A stretch of 64,000 nucleotides of DNA from an uncultured Clostridia bacterium (GTDB taxonomy: Bacteria > Bacillota > Clostridia > TANB77 > CAG-508). The notes beneath the pieces are model-generated. The model saw only the letters and a program-made list of their open reading frames with translations. It was not told the DNA's origin and did no database searches. The first letter of the stretch is position 1. Each line of letters starts with the position of its first letter. The translations under genes and the position numbers were made by a program. This document shows positions 33,875 to 43,924 of this stretch, piece by piece. The stretch spans positions 1,914 through 65,913 of the forward strand of contig CAKPSH010000006.1 of the NCBI GenBank assembly GCA_934183325.1. Reading direction: 5' to 3'.

Positions 33875-35692
33875 TTATTTTTCCTCCTCTTTTTTCTCAT
33901 ATTTGTTAGATATTAATCCTGATAAGAAACTATGGCCTATTGATTCAAAATCTAATCCTGTCGTTTGCATAGTTTCTATAAAAATTGGTGATACATCTTT
34001 TCCCATTGCAATATGTAATCTTATTACAATATCCATAAATTCTTTTTTATTTCCTGCTTTGATACTATTTAGCATTTTATATGTATACCCATCTAATTTA
34101 TTATCTTCATTTTTTCTTTTAAGCTCCTCATGAATCTCTACTCCCAAATTATATATTGCATATAATTTATTATCATTTTTCTTTATATCTTCCACTTGCC
34201 TTCCCTCCTTTTTTAATACATTTAATATCATTCGTATTTGTGTTGCCAAAAATGAATTATATCCATTTTTCTTTTCGACTTTTTTTATTTCATCTCTTAA
34301 TCTATCATTAATTATGTATTTAATATCTTTGTTTTTCATAATATAATCAACTATTTGTAGCCTGTATCTATAATCCCATATTTTTACTAACGTTTTTTGT
34401 GCATATTCTGTAAAGAAAATTGAAATATATCTTTTTATATTAAAATATTCAATTCTACTATATGCTCCATATTCTGCTTCAATTTCAACAACAAAAATGT
34501 TCTCTAACTGCCACATACTAACTTGTTTGTCTTGCTCTACTATATCTAATATTAGTTCTGAATATGGATTTTCACTATTGTTTTCATATCGTGATTTATT
34601 ACTAAAGTTAAGGTTGGTTCTATATAGTTTCTCTACACTAGTATCATAATTTACAAAACTTAATAGTTGTTTTTCTTTATACTCACCATTTTCTTTGATT
34701 GTTTTTGTTATATTGGTCATTCCCGCTGGTATACAAAATAAAATTAATTTACATATATCGCATATTGGCATTTTTACATTTTGATTCCAAAAGAAATTCT
34801 TTGCATTATCACTACTTATTGCAAGTGGCACAAAATTTCCTTCTGAATAGTTAGTTGTTAATCCTATTTCATTTTCACATAAACAACAATTTTGTATAAC
34901 TTTTTCTTTTAAATATTTTTGTATATCCTCTAAAGTTTTTGACTTATCTATATATTCTTTTTCAATCTTCGCATAAATTTTCTCCATATCCTGTGTTATA
35001 TTTTTATTTTCCTTTGCATTTTGAATATATTCTTTTATTTGTTCTATGTCATATTTATTTTGTATAATTTCATTAATAAATCCAGCTTCTACAATGTTGC
35101 TAATATAGTCTTTGTACATTAGTTCTTGTTGTTCATTATATGATAATGCTGTTTTTACTACATTTAAAAAACTTGGTTGTCCATAGTATTTGCTACTTAA
35201 TATGCTTTTAAATAGATTTAGTGTTAATCTTTTATTTATATTCTCCTTTTTCAAGTTATAAATAATTTTTTCACTTATTTCTATTATTTCTTGCTTTGTA
35301 GATAATTTATCTAATAAATCATAATTTTCTTTTATTTCATTATAAGTCTCTTCATCAAACTTTTTTATCTTATCCATTTGTTTTTTTACTATTTCTTTTA
35401 TATATTTAATATTTGTTTTTATTCTTTCTTTCCTTTGTTTTTCTTCATCTTTATTTTCAAGATTTTTTTCTATATTATTTTCTAAATAATCAAATGAATT
35501 TTTAGTTCGATTTTCTACACTTTCTGCCACATTATATTTTTTATAAAAATAATTAAAATAATATTTATGAAAATTCCTTAGGTCTTCTGTATCAAATTCA
35601 ATATAATTATTTCTTTTTAATGCAAATTCATCTTCATTTTCTTCAAGTATTCTTAAGAATCCAACAATTCCGTGCATTATAAAACCAATCAT
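33875..35692 (-). CDS. cas8b: Cas8b (Csh1) large subunit
   Basis: 605 aa, sitting between cas6 and cas7. Confidence 0.65.
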   Translation of the reverse strand: MIGFIMHGIVGFLRILEENEDEFALKRNNYIEFDTEDLRNFHKYYFNYFYKKYNVAESVENRTKNSFDYLENNIEKNLENKDEEKQRKERIKTNIKYIKEIVKKQMDKIKKFDEETYNEIKENYDLLDKLSTKQEIIEISEKIIYNLKKENINKRLTLNLFKSILSSKYYGQPSFLNVVKTALSYNEQQELMYKDYISNIVEAGFINEIIQNKYDIEQIKEYIQNAKENKNITQDMEKIYAKIEKEYIDKSKTLEDIQKYLKEKVIQNCCLCENEIGLTTNYSEGNFVPLAISSDNAKNFFWNQNVKMPICDICKLILFCIPAGMTNITKTIKENGEYKEKQLLSFVNYDTSVEKLYRTNLNFSNKSRYENNSENPYSELILDIVEQDKQVSMWQLENIFVVEIEAEYGAYSRIEYFNIKRYISIFFTEYAQKTLVKIWDYRYRLQIVDYIMKNKDIKYIINDRLRDEIKKVEKKNGYNSFLATQIRMILNVLKKEGRQVEDIKKNDNKLYAIYNLGVEIHEELKRKNEDNKLDGYTYKMLNSIKAGNKKEFMDIVIRLHIAMGKDVSPIFIETMQTTGLDFESIGHSFLSGLISNKYEKKEEEK

Positions 35693-35728
35693 TCAAATAT
35701 ACTTTTATTTTCAACTTAACACCTCCCT

Positions 35729-36451
35729 CTATACAACTTGAAACATCCCGAAACCGGCACTATGTTTACTACCTATTCCAGCTCTGTACAGATAATTTAA
35801 TAGTTCTATATCTCCTTCTAATTCAAATATTCCAGTCGAACATTCTATCTTCTTTTCATAGAATTTTATAATTACTTTTTTTGCTTTTATTGGTACTAGT
35901 TTTAATCCATCTACTATTTCTGGTTTAATCTCTGTTATTTTTAATTGTTCTTTAATATTTATTCTTAATATTTCTTCAAATTTTTCATTTCCAAATGAAT
36001 AATAGTAATCTTTATTTTCCTTTCTTTCTCGCACACATAAAGGACTTTGAAATTTTATTAAGATCTTATTTTCTTTTATTTCTTTTTCTGGTATAAGTCC
36101 GATATCTCTTAAAGTCCAAGAATTTTGATTGATTGAAAATTTTTTATATTTTTGATGATTAAATGAATTGTACAAAATAATTGCTGTTTCATAATTTTCT
36201 ATTGTCATATTCATTTCAAAGTTTTTATCATCTAATATTATTTCTTGACTATTAATTTTAGGTTGCCTAAAAAAGACAGAAAAAGCATAAGGTTTTATAA
36301 TATTATCTTTCTGGTTATAGTATTTTTGAAATACTTTTTCACTATATTCAGATAATGATAATTTTATAAAACTAATTATGCTTCTTCTATAATCTATTGG
36401 TATTTTTTTATTTTCTAATGTAAAATATAATTTTATTCTCATATTTTTCAC
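35729..36451 (-). CDS. cas6: Cas6 crRNA endoribonuclease
   Basis: 240 aa with a C-terminal glycine-rich loop, GIGSKHSAGFGMF. Confidence 0.75.
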   Translation of the reverse strand: MKNMRIKLYFTLENKKIPIDYRRSIISFIKLSLSEYSEKVFQKYYNQKDNIIKPYAFSVFFRQPKINSQEIILDDKNFEMNMTIENYETAIILYNSFNHQKYKKFSINQNSWTLRDIGLIPEKEIKENKILIKFQSPLCVRERKENKDYYYSFGNEKFEEILRINIKEQLKITEIKPEIVDGLKLVPIKAKKVIIKFYEKKIECSTGIFELEGDIELLNYLYRAGIGSKHSAGFGMFQVV

Positions 36452-36589
36452 CTCCTACACTTGATAATTTATTTTAGTTACTATCAATATATCGGCTGTG
36501 AATAATTTATACCATATTTTACATTTTTTTACAATATTTTCCTTTTATTTTATATAGTTATTCATAAATATTACTTGTAGAGTAAATTT

Positions 36590-37564
36590 TTAATTTTGTA
36601 TGTTTATTTGTTCTTCGCTTATTAATTGATACTTTACAAGTTCGTGTCCATCTAGATTTTCTTTATGCATATCTATTGCGTTTATTTGATGATTATCATA
36701 TGTTGTATAATAATAAATTCCTTTTGTTGCATTACAACAAGATGTATATATTGTTATTTCATATTTTCCATTTTCTAACTCACAACATCCTCTTTGTTGA
36801 TCTACTGAATTTAATATATGAAAGAATTGACTTACACTTGACTTTTCATCGTCTTTTGATATTGAATTCATTTTTACAAAAGACACTCTTACAAATCTTG
36901 ATTGTGAAGATAAATCTCCTGGCAACCCTATTGCTCCCATTCCTCTACTATAAGTTTGTAAATTCAAGTTTTCTGAGAATTTATTTGTTGGTGTTTTAGT
37001 AGATAAATTTATATAATTATTTAGATTAAATAATTGTTTATCAAATGGCGGGTTATTTGTTAATACTCCAACTGGATTTTCATATATCTTTATCCCTTCT
37101 TTTACTGATTCTACTGTTATTGCTTCATTTTCATCTGCAATTAACCAGTGTAATTGTGCTAGTGATAGTTTTTCATTAAATGATATATTGGTTAGATTAA
37201 TCTTTTCTATAAGTACTTTTGCTTCTTTTACTGTTGCACATTGACTTAATATCCAAGGAATAAATTCAAATTGTGCAATATTATCTTTTCCTTCTTTTAT
37301 TTCATTATAATATGCATTTCCTACAAAATTCAATCCTGCAATGCCTAATCCCTTTTCATTTATTGCATCATAATATAATGGATAATTTTCTATAATATAT
37401 GCCATTCCAATTATTGCATAATGTGTATGTATTGCTTCTTTGTTTCTAAAATTAAATACATAGTTTCTTGGAGTTATTGTAATTTCATCTCCATAAGAAA
37501 ATTCATAATCAAGTGTCCTTCCAAAATAAAAATCTTTTGTTTTATATGTTACTGCTGTGCACAT
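36590..37564 (-). CDS. Choloylglycine hydrolase family Ntn-hydrolase (bile-salt hydrolase / penicillin V acylase-like)
   Basis: 324 aa. The N-terminal MCTAV has a nucleophile Cys2, and the protein has CBAH-family features. Confidence 0.8.
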   Translation of the reverse strand: MCTAVTYKTKDFYFGRTLDYEFSYGDEITITPRNYVFNFRNKEAIHTHYAIIGMAYIIENYPLYYDAINEKGLGIAGLNFVGNAYYNEIKEGKDNIAQFEFIPWILSQCATVKEAKVLIEKINLTNISFNEKLSLAQLHWLIADENEAITVESVKEGIKIYENPVGVLTNNPPFDKQLFNLNNYINLSTKTPTNKFSENLNLQTYSRGMGAIGLPGDLSSQSRFVRVSFVKMNSISKDDEKSSVSQFFHILNSVDQQRGCCELENGKYEITIYTSCCNATKGIYYYTTYDNHQINAIDMHKENLDGHELVKYQLISEEQINIQN

Positions 37565-37970
37565 AATATTTCCTCCCTATTTTTTCTTTTGTTTATTATA
37601 TCATTATTTTGTATGATTTTATTTTTACTTTGAAAATTTATATAAAGAAGAAATTTCACTACGAAATTATACATCTTCTGGTAATATTTGATCTGTAATT
37701 TTCAATATAGCCTTCTTAAAATTCTATTGTGTTTTCTTTCATCATTTCTAATACTTTTAATAATACTCTTTTCTTTTTTCAGTTGTTGCTTATTTTATAT
37801 TTATTGATTCATGTACATACGAAAAAATTAATTTGTGCCTTCGGGTTATGAGGGTTACATAACATATTTAATGATGTATATTGAATTGTATTGTATGCTA
37901 GTGATATTAAGCGTTTGCGCATTTTTTATTTAATGAACAATTGTGCTAAAATTGGGGTAATTTTGAAAAA

Positions 37971-37990
37971 TTGATCCCCAATTTCTCCCC
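37971..37990. repeat. Left att core (direct repeat copy 1)
   Basis: This is ttgatccccaatttctcccc, with the inverted motif attgggg 14 bp upstream. Confidence 0.6.
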
Positions 37991-38081
37991 CATTGTTACT
38001 AAACATATTTTTGTATTTTTATGGTTTTAATTGCAAAATTTTTATTGCAATTGAATTGATATTTTTAAGGAGGAAATTTTT

Positions 38082-38390
38082 ATGGAATTTAATAAAGATA
38101 AAATTCAAGATTTAATGAATGAGTGGATAATTTTTAGAGATGAGGAACTTTGTAAATTAACTAGGGAAGATATGAAACATTCTCTAGATTTTGATACTTT
38201 TTATAATTTAGTTTTAAAAAATGTTTCTAAAAATAGTGAGAAATTTATGATTAAAAATTTGGACAAGTTTTATGAGCAAATTATGGATTTTACTGGTTAT
38301 TATAATGATAAATATTATAAGGCTGGTTTTGGTGATTGCTTGAATTTAGTTATTATGAGTCTTGGAGGTAATGGTATTGAAACTAAATAG
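38082..38390 (+). CDS. Hypothetical protein. It may be one gene disrupted by a frameshift, together with 38362..38652.
   Basis: It is 102 aa with a good RBS (AAGGAGGA). The next ORF overlaps it by 29 nt in another frame. Confidence 0.3.
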   Translation: MEFNKDKIQDLMNEWIIFRDEELCKLTREDMKHSLDFDTFYNLVLKNVSKNSEKFMIKNLDKFYEQIMDFTGYYNDKYYKAGFGDCLNLVIMSLGGNGIETK

Positions 38391-38652
38391 ATATGGTAAA
38401 TTAGCTAAAAGGTATTTGGAAGAATATAAGCCTTTTAAATTTCAACAACTTACTATGGATGGAAGTATTATGGATTATTTATTAGAATTTGAACAACATT
38501 TAAATGGTTATGCTAATTTGATTGAAATTGAACTTAAGCAAAAGTATCCTATGACAGATGATAAAAATAGTTTTATGGAGCAAGTTAAGTATTTGAATAT
38601 GATTCAGGAGATGGTGGATGCGTTTGTGAAAGAGGAGGTTAAATTGGTATAG
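38362..38652 (+). CDS. Hypothetical protein
   Basis: It is 96 aa and is followed by the strong terminator gccgaga-ttaa-ttctcggc at 38655-38685. Confidence 0.3.
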   Translation: MEVMVLKLNRYGKLAKRYLEEYKPFKFQQLTMDGSIMDYLLEFEQHLNGYANLIEIELKQKYPMTDDKNSFMEQVKYLNMIQEMVDAFVKEEVKLV

Positions 38653-38683
38653 AAAAAGCCGAGATTAATTCTCGGCTTTTTCA

Positions 38684-40156
38684 TTATTCATTTTCAATTT
38701 TTACTATATTTTCAAATTCTTCAATGGCTTTTTCTGCAACATATTGCAAATCTTTAGAAATTATCTGTCCATGTACTATTTCATTTCTTTGATCTTTTAT
38801 TTTGCTCAACTTTTTGTTTAATTGATTTTTAGTAATTGGCAATTGTTCATATTTATAAATCTCTGCATATATTTTATATATTGTTGGTGGATTATCCTTT
38901 ATAACATCATCTTTCTTAGCTTGTTCAAAATTTTTCTTACTTATATACTCTTTTAGAAAGTAGTCTTCATATTCTACAATCCCTCTAAAAAATTTTTCTA
39001 TTTGGCTATCTTCTAAATATTTTTTTAGTATCTTTTTTGAAAAATAATAAGTAAAATTTTCTAATGCTATATTTATCATAATAATTGCATTTTTATAATC
39101 CTTAATTAAATAATAATCTTTTGCATAATTAACTGCCAATTCCCATATATTATTTTCACTACTATTTAGTTCTTTATTTATACCTTTAAGTTCATCCTCT
39201 TTTAATCTTAATCTATTATTTCCGCTTGATGACAAACTCATTGAAATACTTAATGGAATATTTTTTATTTCAACATTTCCAGCTAACACTTTGGTTTTAA
39301 ATCTAAATATCATATTTTCATTTATCTCTGGTAACCAATATTTACCTGTTGAAATAATGTATTTCTTTAAAAAATAGTTATATACATTAATAGCTTCATT
39401 TAATGGTCTATAAACTTCATTAATTGTTTTGTTAACTTTAATTAATTCATTTCCATTTATATATTTTTCAATTGTCAATGTTACTATAGAACGATTCACT
39501 ATTCCATACTTATCTTTTTCTGTGTATATATTATCTCCTATAATAAAATTGGATTCTTGAGCTCTTATTGTTTCTGCTTTTATATAACACTTTGTCCCTT
39601 TATAATTAAATCCTATTTCATTTTCTTCATCTAGTATTAAATGATATGGTATTTCTAGTGTAACAATTGTTTTTAAATCTCCTCTTATTGCACTATTATA
39701 TATATTTTTTGTTTCATCTATTTTTTCTTTCAAATTGTTATTCCAACTTATATCATAATTAGAATCAATAAAATTTAATAATGTTTTAGCTTCTTCTAGC
39801 TTTCTAGAATTATTCGAATTTAGATATATCATTATCTTTTCTCTAGCCAACATTTGTTTTGTAGTACATTCGTTTATCATGCTATCTACATTATTGTATT
39901 TAGTCTTTATTTCTAATGACTTTTCAAAAAACTTTTCTGAACTACTATATTCATTAGCTTCAAAATATAAAGCTCCCATTTGTCTATAAATAATATAAAT
40001 ATTACTCATTATGAGTGTTCTACACTCTATTTTTAATTTCTCATATACTTCACATGCTTCTATACCTATTTTAACTCTTTCATCATGTTCTATCCCTTTA
40101 TTTCCGATAATGCTTGATATATATATTATTCTATTTATTATTTCCTGATTATTCAT
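38684..40156 (-). CDS. Large helical-repeat protein with a C-terminal HEPN-like Rx4H motif. It is a putative abortive-infection or RNase effector.
   Basis: 490 aa. The N-terminus has TPR-like repeats. The C-terminal ...KIKDQRNEIVHGQ matches the HEPN R[N]xxxH signature. Confidence 0.4.
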   Translation of the reverse strand: MNNQEIINRIIYISSIIGNKGIEHDERVKIGIEACEVYEKLKIECRTLIMSNIYIIYRQMGALYFEANEYSSSEKFFEKSLEIKTKYNNVDSMINECTTKQMLAREKIMIYLNSNNSRKLEEAKTLLNFIDSNYDISWNNNLKEKIDETKNIYNSAIRGDLKTIVTLEIPYHLILDEENEIGFNYKGTKCYIKAETIRAQESNFIIGDNIYTEKDKYGIVNRSIVTLTIEKYINGNELIKVNKTINEVYRPLNEAINVYNYFLKKYIISTGKYWLPEINENMIFRFKTKVLAGNVEIKNIPLSISMSLSSSGNNRLRLKEDELKGINKELNSSENNIWELAVNYAKDYYLIKDYKNAIIMINIALENFTYYFSKKILKKYLEDSQIEKFFRGIVEYEDYFLKEYISKKNFEQAKKDDVIKDNPPTIYKIYAEIYKYEQLPITKNQLNKKLSKIKDQRNEIVHGQIISKDLQYVAEKAIEEFENIVKIENE

Positions 40157-40301
40157 TTTTCACTTTCTCTCTATATAATTAGTTTAACATATTATATTAC
40201 TTTTTCCTTACAATACAAACACACTAAAGATTTTAGATGTTTTTCTCTGTATTCTTAAAAAACAAATTTTAATAAATAAGTAAATTACATAAAAAGTCCT
40301 G

Positions 40302-40919
40302 TTAAGTTTTTTCTATTAAATAATCATTTAATATTTCTCTCAAAATTGTTTGAACTTTTCTTCTTAATCCATCTACTTCTTCTATGATCTTTTCATTAAA
40401 AATCCCTTGAGAAATTTGTATATCGACACCTACTTCGTGTTCATATTGTCCCTTTTTATTTTTGGAAACAAGTACATTCATATTTTTTTGTTTTAAATCT
40501 TCTTGGATATCTTTGTATTCTTCAAAATCTTTAGATTCAATGCAATAATGAAACACTTCATTTCTAAAATTTAAATATTTTGCATTTATAGTATTGGGCT
40601 TATTCCTCGGATTTTCCAATTCATCTGCTATTTCTAATAATATTCTTTTTACCAATACATTATTTTCCCATTTTGCCATTATTCCTGTAAATCTATCAGA
40701 TCTCTTTATTGTTCCTAAAATTTTAAGAGTTTCTTTCAAGTGTGCTGTTAATAATTTAAAGAAATAAATCTGAGCTTCATAACTTGCATCACCTTTCACT
40801 TTATTAAATAAAGTGGTATTTATTTGTAAATCATTGTATGCTCTTGTTATTAAAAAAATAGCAAAACCTTCATAATCATCTTTATAATATTTTTCTCTAT
40901 CAATCATTATTTCATTCAT
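40302..40919 (-). CDS. HEPN-motif protein, translationally coupled to the QueC-like gene
   Basis: 205 aa with an NFRNEVFHY Rx4H motif. Its start overlaps the stop of the upstream QueC-like gene by 8 nt. Confidence 0.45.
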   Translation of the reverse strand: MNEIMIDREKYYKDDYEGFAIFLITRAYNDLQINTTLFNKVKGDASYEAQIYFFKLLTAHLKETLKILGTIKRSDRFTGIMAKWENNVLVKRILLEIADELENPRNKPNTINAKYLNFRNEVFHYCIESKDFEEYKDIQEDLKQKNMNVLVSKNKKGQYEHEVGVDIQISQGIFNEKIIEEVDGLRRKVQTILREILNDYLIEKT

Positions 40920-42213
40920 CTTTATTCCATCCTTTAATTTGTTTAAAATATTCTTCTAATTCGCAATTGAATTTTTGCAACATTTCATCTATTTTTTCCT
41001 GCCAATCCGCATCTTCATAATATTCTTTTTTTAAATCTAAATAATTATAAATAGTTCCTTCTTTGATATGTTTGTAATATAATTTATAATATTCTAATAG
41101 TGACCTTTTTTCGTTAAATTTATATATAGAAGCTTTTTCATCTTTTTCAATATTTTTTTGCTTAGATATACTTTTTTCATATTTTCTAATGTTTTGAAAA
41201 TCACCTAAGTTTTCTGGCAATAAATACTCACAATCTTCTCTATTATTATATATCATGCCAATTTGCCTTAAAATACAAGCAATGCAAACTCCACAATGAA
41301 AATTTCCTTTTTTCTTATTTCTAAAATGTCTGATTCCTGGATTCTTTGAACATGTCCTTGTAAACTTTTTTATATATTGGTCATATTCTTTTGGAATTAT
41401 TTTAATTATATCTGCTTTAGTCTTATATTTAAATGGATTAATTATTTTTATATTAATTTCTAATTTTTCTAAAATTTTATTTATTAAAAATAAAGTTTTT
41501 TGATTTGTTGTTTTGGTAACTCTTCTACTAAAATTAAATTTAGGATTTAAGGACATTATTCCATTTTCATATATTTTCACTTCATTTATTCTATAATAAT
41601 CTGCATAAATTAAGCTACTTGCAATAAATATTAATGATCTAGTTCTTTCTGTATAGTGTTCTTTCTCTTCCAAACCTATTTTTTTAATCACTACATGTTT
41701 GTTATTGTCATTTTTTATTAAATTCTCATAAATATCATTTGAATTATTTACTTCTATAGGATTAGTTTCAAATGTTACAAATATGGTTTTGTTATTTTTT
41801 TCTACTACACTTCCCGACATAGAATCTAATCCACCTGATAGAACACAAATAGAGTTGTATTCTATCCCATCACAAATACTTTTTTGCTCTCTACCTATTT
41901 CCTTTATCTCTTTTTGGTATTCAAAATTAACATTCCATTTTTCGCCATTTGTCATATAATTTAATAGAATTTCTATATCCTGTTTTACTTCATTAAATTT
42001 TTCTATATTATTTACCGGAATAGTTATATTTAATTTTTGCTTGTTATTTACATCTTCATCTCTAGGAGTGAAAAAATCCGTATAACAAATGTATGATATC
42101 ATATCAAAAAAATCCAATACAATTGTATTAGTATACTCATTAATATCTAATAAATTTTTATCATCATAATGTAATAAATACGGATTTTTATCTTTAAATT
42201 TACTTTTATTCAT
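40912..42213 (-). CDS. QueC-like PP-loop ATP pyrophosphatase (7-cyano-7-deazaguanine synthase-like) with a ~115-aa N-terminal extension
   Basis: 433 aa. It has the SGGLDS PP-loop (CVLSGGLDSMSGS) and a C-terminal CGVCIACILRQ zinc-binding Cys cluster, as in QueC. It overlaps both neighbouring genes. Confidence 0.7.
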   Translation of the reverse strand: MNKSKFKDKNPYLLHYDDKNLLDINEYTNTIVLDFFDMISYICYTDFFTPRDEDVNNKQKLNITIPVNNIEKFNEVKQDIEILLNYMTNGEKWNVNFEYQKEIKEIGREQKSICDGIEYNSICVLSGGLDSMSGSVVEKNNKTIFVTFETNPIEVNNSNDIYENLIKNDNNKHVVIKKIGLEEKEHYTERTRSLIFIASSLIYADYYRINEVKIYENGIMSLNPKFNFSRRVTKTTNQKTLFLINKILEKLEINIKIINPFKYKTKADIIKIIPKEYDQYIKKFTRTCSKNPGIRHFRNKKKGNFHCGVCIACILRQIGMIYNNREDCEYLLPENLGDFQNIRKYEKSISKQKNIEKDEKASIYKFNEKRSLLEYYKLYYKHIKEGTIYNYLDLKKEYYEDADWQEKIDEMLQKFNCELEEYFKQIKGWNKDE

Positions 42214-42889
42214 ATTCTACATCTCCACGCAATTTCTTAATAATATTCGAGAAAGCATTATTTACTTTACTTGCAAAAGTATCTTCTTGTTCAAGTATTT
42301 CATCTGTAAATTCTATTTCTTCAAATTCGACTTGAATTATTGGAACAACTTTTTCTTCCATATAATAATTAATACTATTGGAATACTCTTCACTATCGAA
42401 TTTTTCTAATGAATTAAGTGCATCTTCGTATGTAAATTGCTTATAAATATTAGAAATTATATTTTTTACATATTGTGTGATAAATCTTATAATATTTAGA
42501 GATTTATCAAATATATTATTTTTTTCTAATGTTTCTTTTAAAGATGTTTTTAGCAATTCATTGTTAGATATTCCTAAATAATCACATACTTTCTCTTTGA
42601 GCTCTATATTTGAATATCTAGATAATCCTCCAAGTCCTATTGAAGAAAGTGTGCCTGAATTTACAGCCTTGGAAATTTTAATTATATTTTTTATACTATT
42701 TGTACATTCTTTAGAATATAAATTTTCATTTAATGTTGCTTTTATTTTTGATTGTCCTTTTTTTGGGAAAAGTAATTTTGCTAGCAATTCTCCTATTCCT
42801 GCCCCCTGTTCATTTACTTTTCCATCTTCTATTCCCTCTTTTATGATCTTATCAGATCTTTTATAACTATTTCTTGTTGAAGATCCCAT
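42206..42889 (-). CDS. Hypothetical soluble protein, the partner of the QueC-like enzyme
   Basis: 227 aa with no known motif. It is translationally coupled to the QueC-like gene through an ATGA-type overlap. Confidence 0.4.
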   Translation of the reverse strand: MGSSTRNSYKRSDKIIKEGIEDGKVNEQGAGIGELLAKLLFPKKGQSKIKATLNENLYSKECTNSIKNIIKISKAVNSGTLSSIGLGGLSRYSNIELKEKVCDYLGISNNELLKTSLKETLEKNNIFDKSLNIIRFITQYVKNIISNIYKQFTYEDALNSLEKFDSEEYSNSINYYMEEKVVPIIQVEFEEIEFTDEILEQEDTFASKVNNAFSNIIKKLRGDVEYE

Positions 42890-42907
42890 TTTATCACCTT
42901 TTTCATC

Positions 42908-43726
42908 TTATATATTATTTTTTATTTTTCCTACCTCTATTTTTTCATCTTCTTTTACTTTAAATTCTACTGTTCCTATGTACCCTCCTGGTTCAAAAAT
43001 GTTTGTTGCGGTATATTGTACTTGTACTTCTTGCTTGTACCAATTTGATAGCACATCTTGATAATAAATAATAATACTCATTTCATATGGTATGTTTGAA
43101 CTCTTCAATGAAAAAATTTTTCTTATTACTTTTTCTTCTCCTTTTTCCATTACTTCTATAGAATTTTTTCCTAATAATCTCTCTGTAGTATTATTTATTA
43201 TATCTGATTTAAAATCCACTTTTAAATTTTTAATATTATTCAAGCCAATATTTTTCAAATATATATTTAATTTATATGGTATTCCCTTTTCAATATCAGT
43301 AATTATTAGTTCATCTAATTCCCCTGTTCCACTTTCTACTGTATCAAAAGAATATTTTAAAGTAGGCATATTCTGTAATCTCATATTTTCTTTATCTCTT
43401 TTTATACTATCTTCATTATTCTTTTTTATTTGTACAATAGTCACAATTACTAATACTACAGCTCCAATAATTGCAGAAATAACTCCTGACGAATAACTAG
43501 CTAAAAAGGATAACCAATTTTGAGAATTTACATTAACACTCCACCCTAATAATGTTGGTATATTATATCTATCTAGATAATATAGCGATATAGGAATAAT
43601 ACTAACAAAAAAAAGTAATATATATAAGCTTTTTTCTAAATCGTCCTTACATCTCTTATAATTAATATAACAAAAAACTCCCATTCCTAATAGTATTAAA
43701 ACTACTATTATTACATTTAATATCAT
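42908..43726 (-). CDS. Membrane protein with 3 N-terminal TM helices and a ~170-aa C-terminal soluble domain. It is a candidate effector or sensor.
   Basis: 272 aa. Its hydrophobic segments include VIIVVLILLGMGVFCYI, LYILLFFVSIIPISLYYL and GVISAIIGAVVLVIVTIVQI. Confidence 0.5.
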   Translation of the reverse strand: MILNVIIVVLILLGMGVFCYINYKRCKDDLEKSLYILLFFVSIIPISLYYLDRYNIPTLLGWSVNVNSQNWLSFLASYSSGVISAIIGAVVLVIVTIVQIKKNNEDSIKRDKENMRLQNMPTLKYSFDTVESGTGELDELIITDIEKGIPYKLNIYLKNIGLNNIKNLKVDFKSDIINNTTERLLGKNSIEVMEKGEEKVIRKIFSLKSSNIPYEMSIIIYYQDVLSNWYKQEVQVQYTATNIFEPGGYIGTVEFKVKEDEKIEVGKIKNNI

Positions 43727-43924
43727 AATTATCGCCTCTTTTTATATTATATTATATTTTTTTGCAAACTTTGTCGTACTCTGTCGTTTATTATCAAAAA
43801 AGCAAAATAATTCTGTAATTACTATTTAATCACATCCTATTTTGCTTTTCTTTTGTAATTTTATATTTCTCTCTATACTAAAAATATTTAATATATAATA
43901 TTTATTGATATTTTTTTCTTTATT

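Noticed and set aside
37838-37865. Possible remnant of the response-regulator 3' end at the left island flank (shared gggttatgag, 14/15 bp with 58228-58242)
   Set aside because: Relative to the att cores, the two copies are arranged as mirror images and not in parallel, so they are not an extension of the direct repeat. The left copy does not encode an OmpR-like continuation. This is probably chance similarity.
43727-43924. Treating the AAA ATPase (43925-45040) as QatA of a Qat-like system joined to the QueC-like operon
   Set aside because: A 198-bp gap and a putative promoter region separate it from the TM gene. The ATPase is tightly coupled to the upstream 7-gene operon instead. QatD/TatD is absent. 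Any Qat relationship is at most partial.
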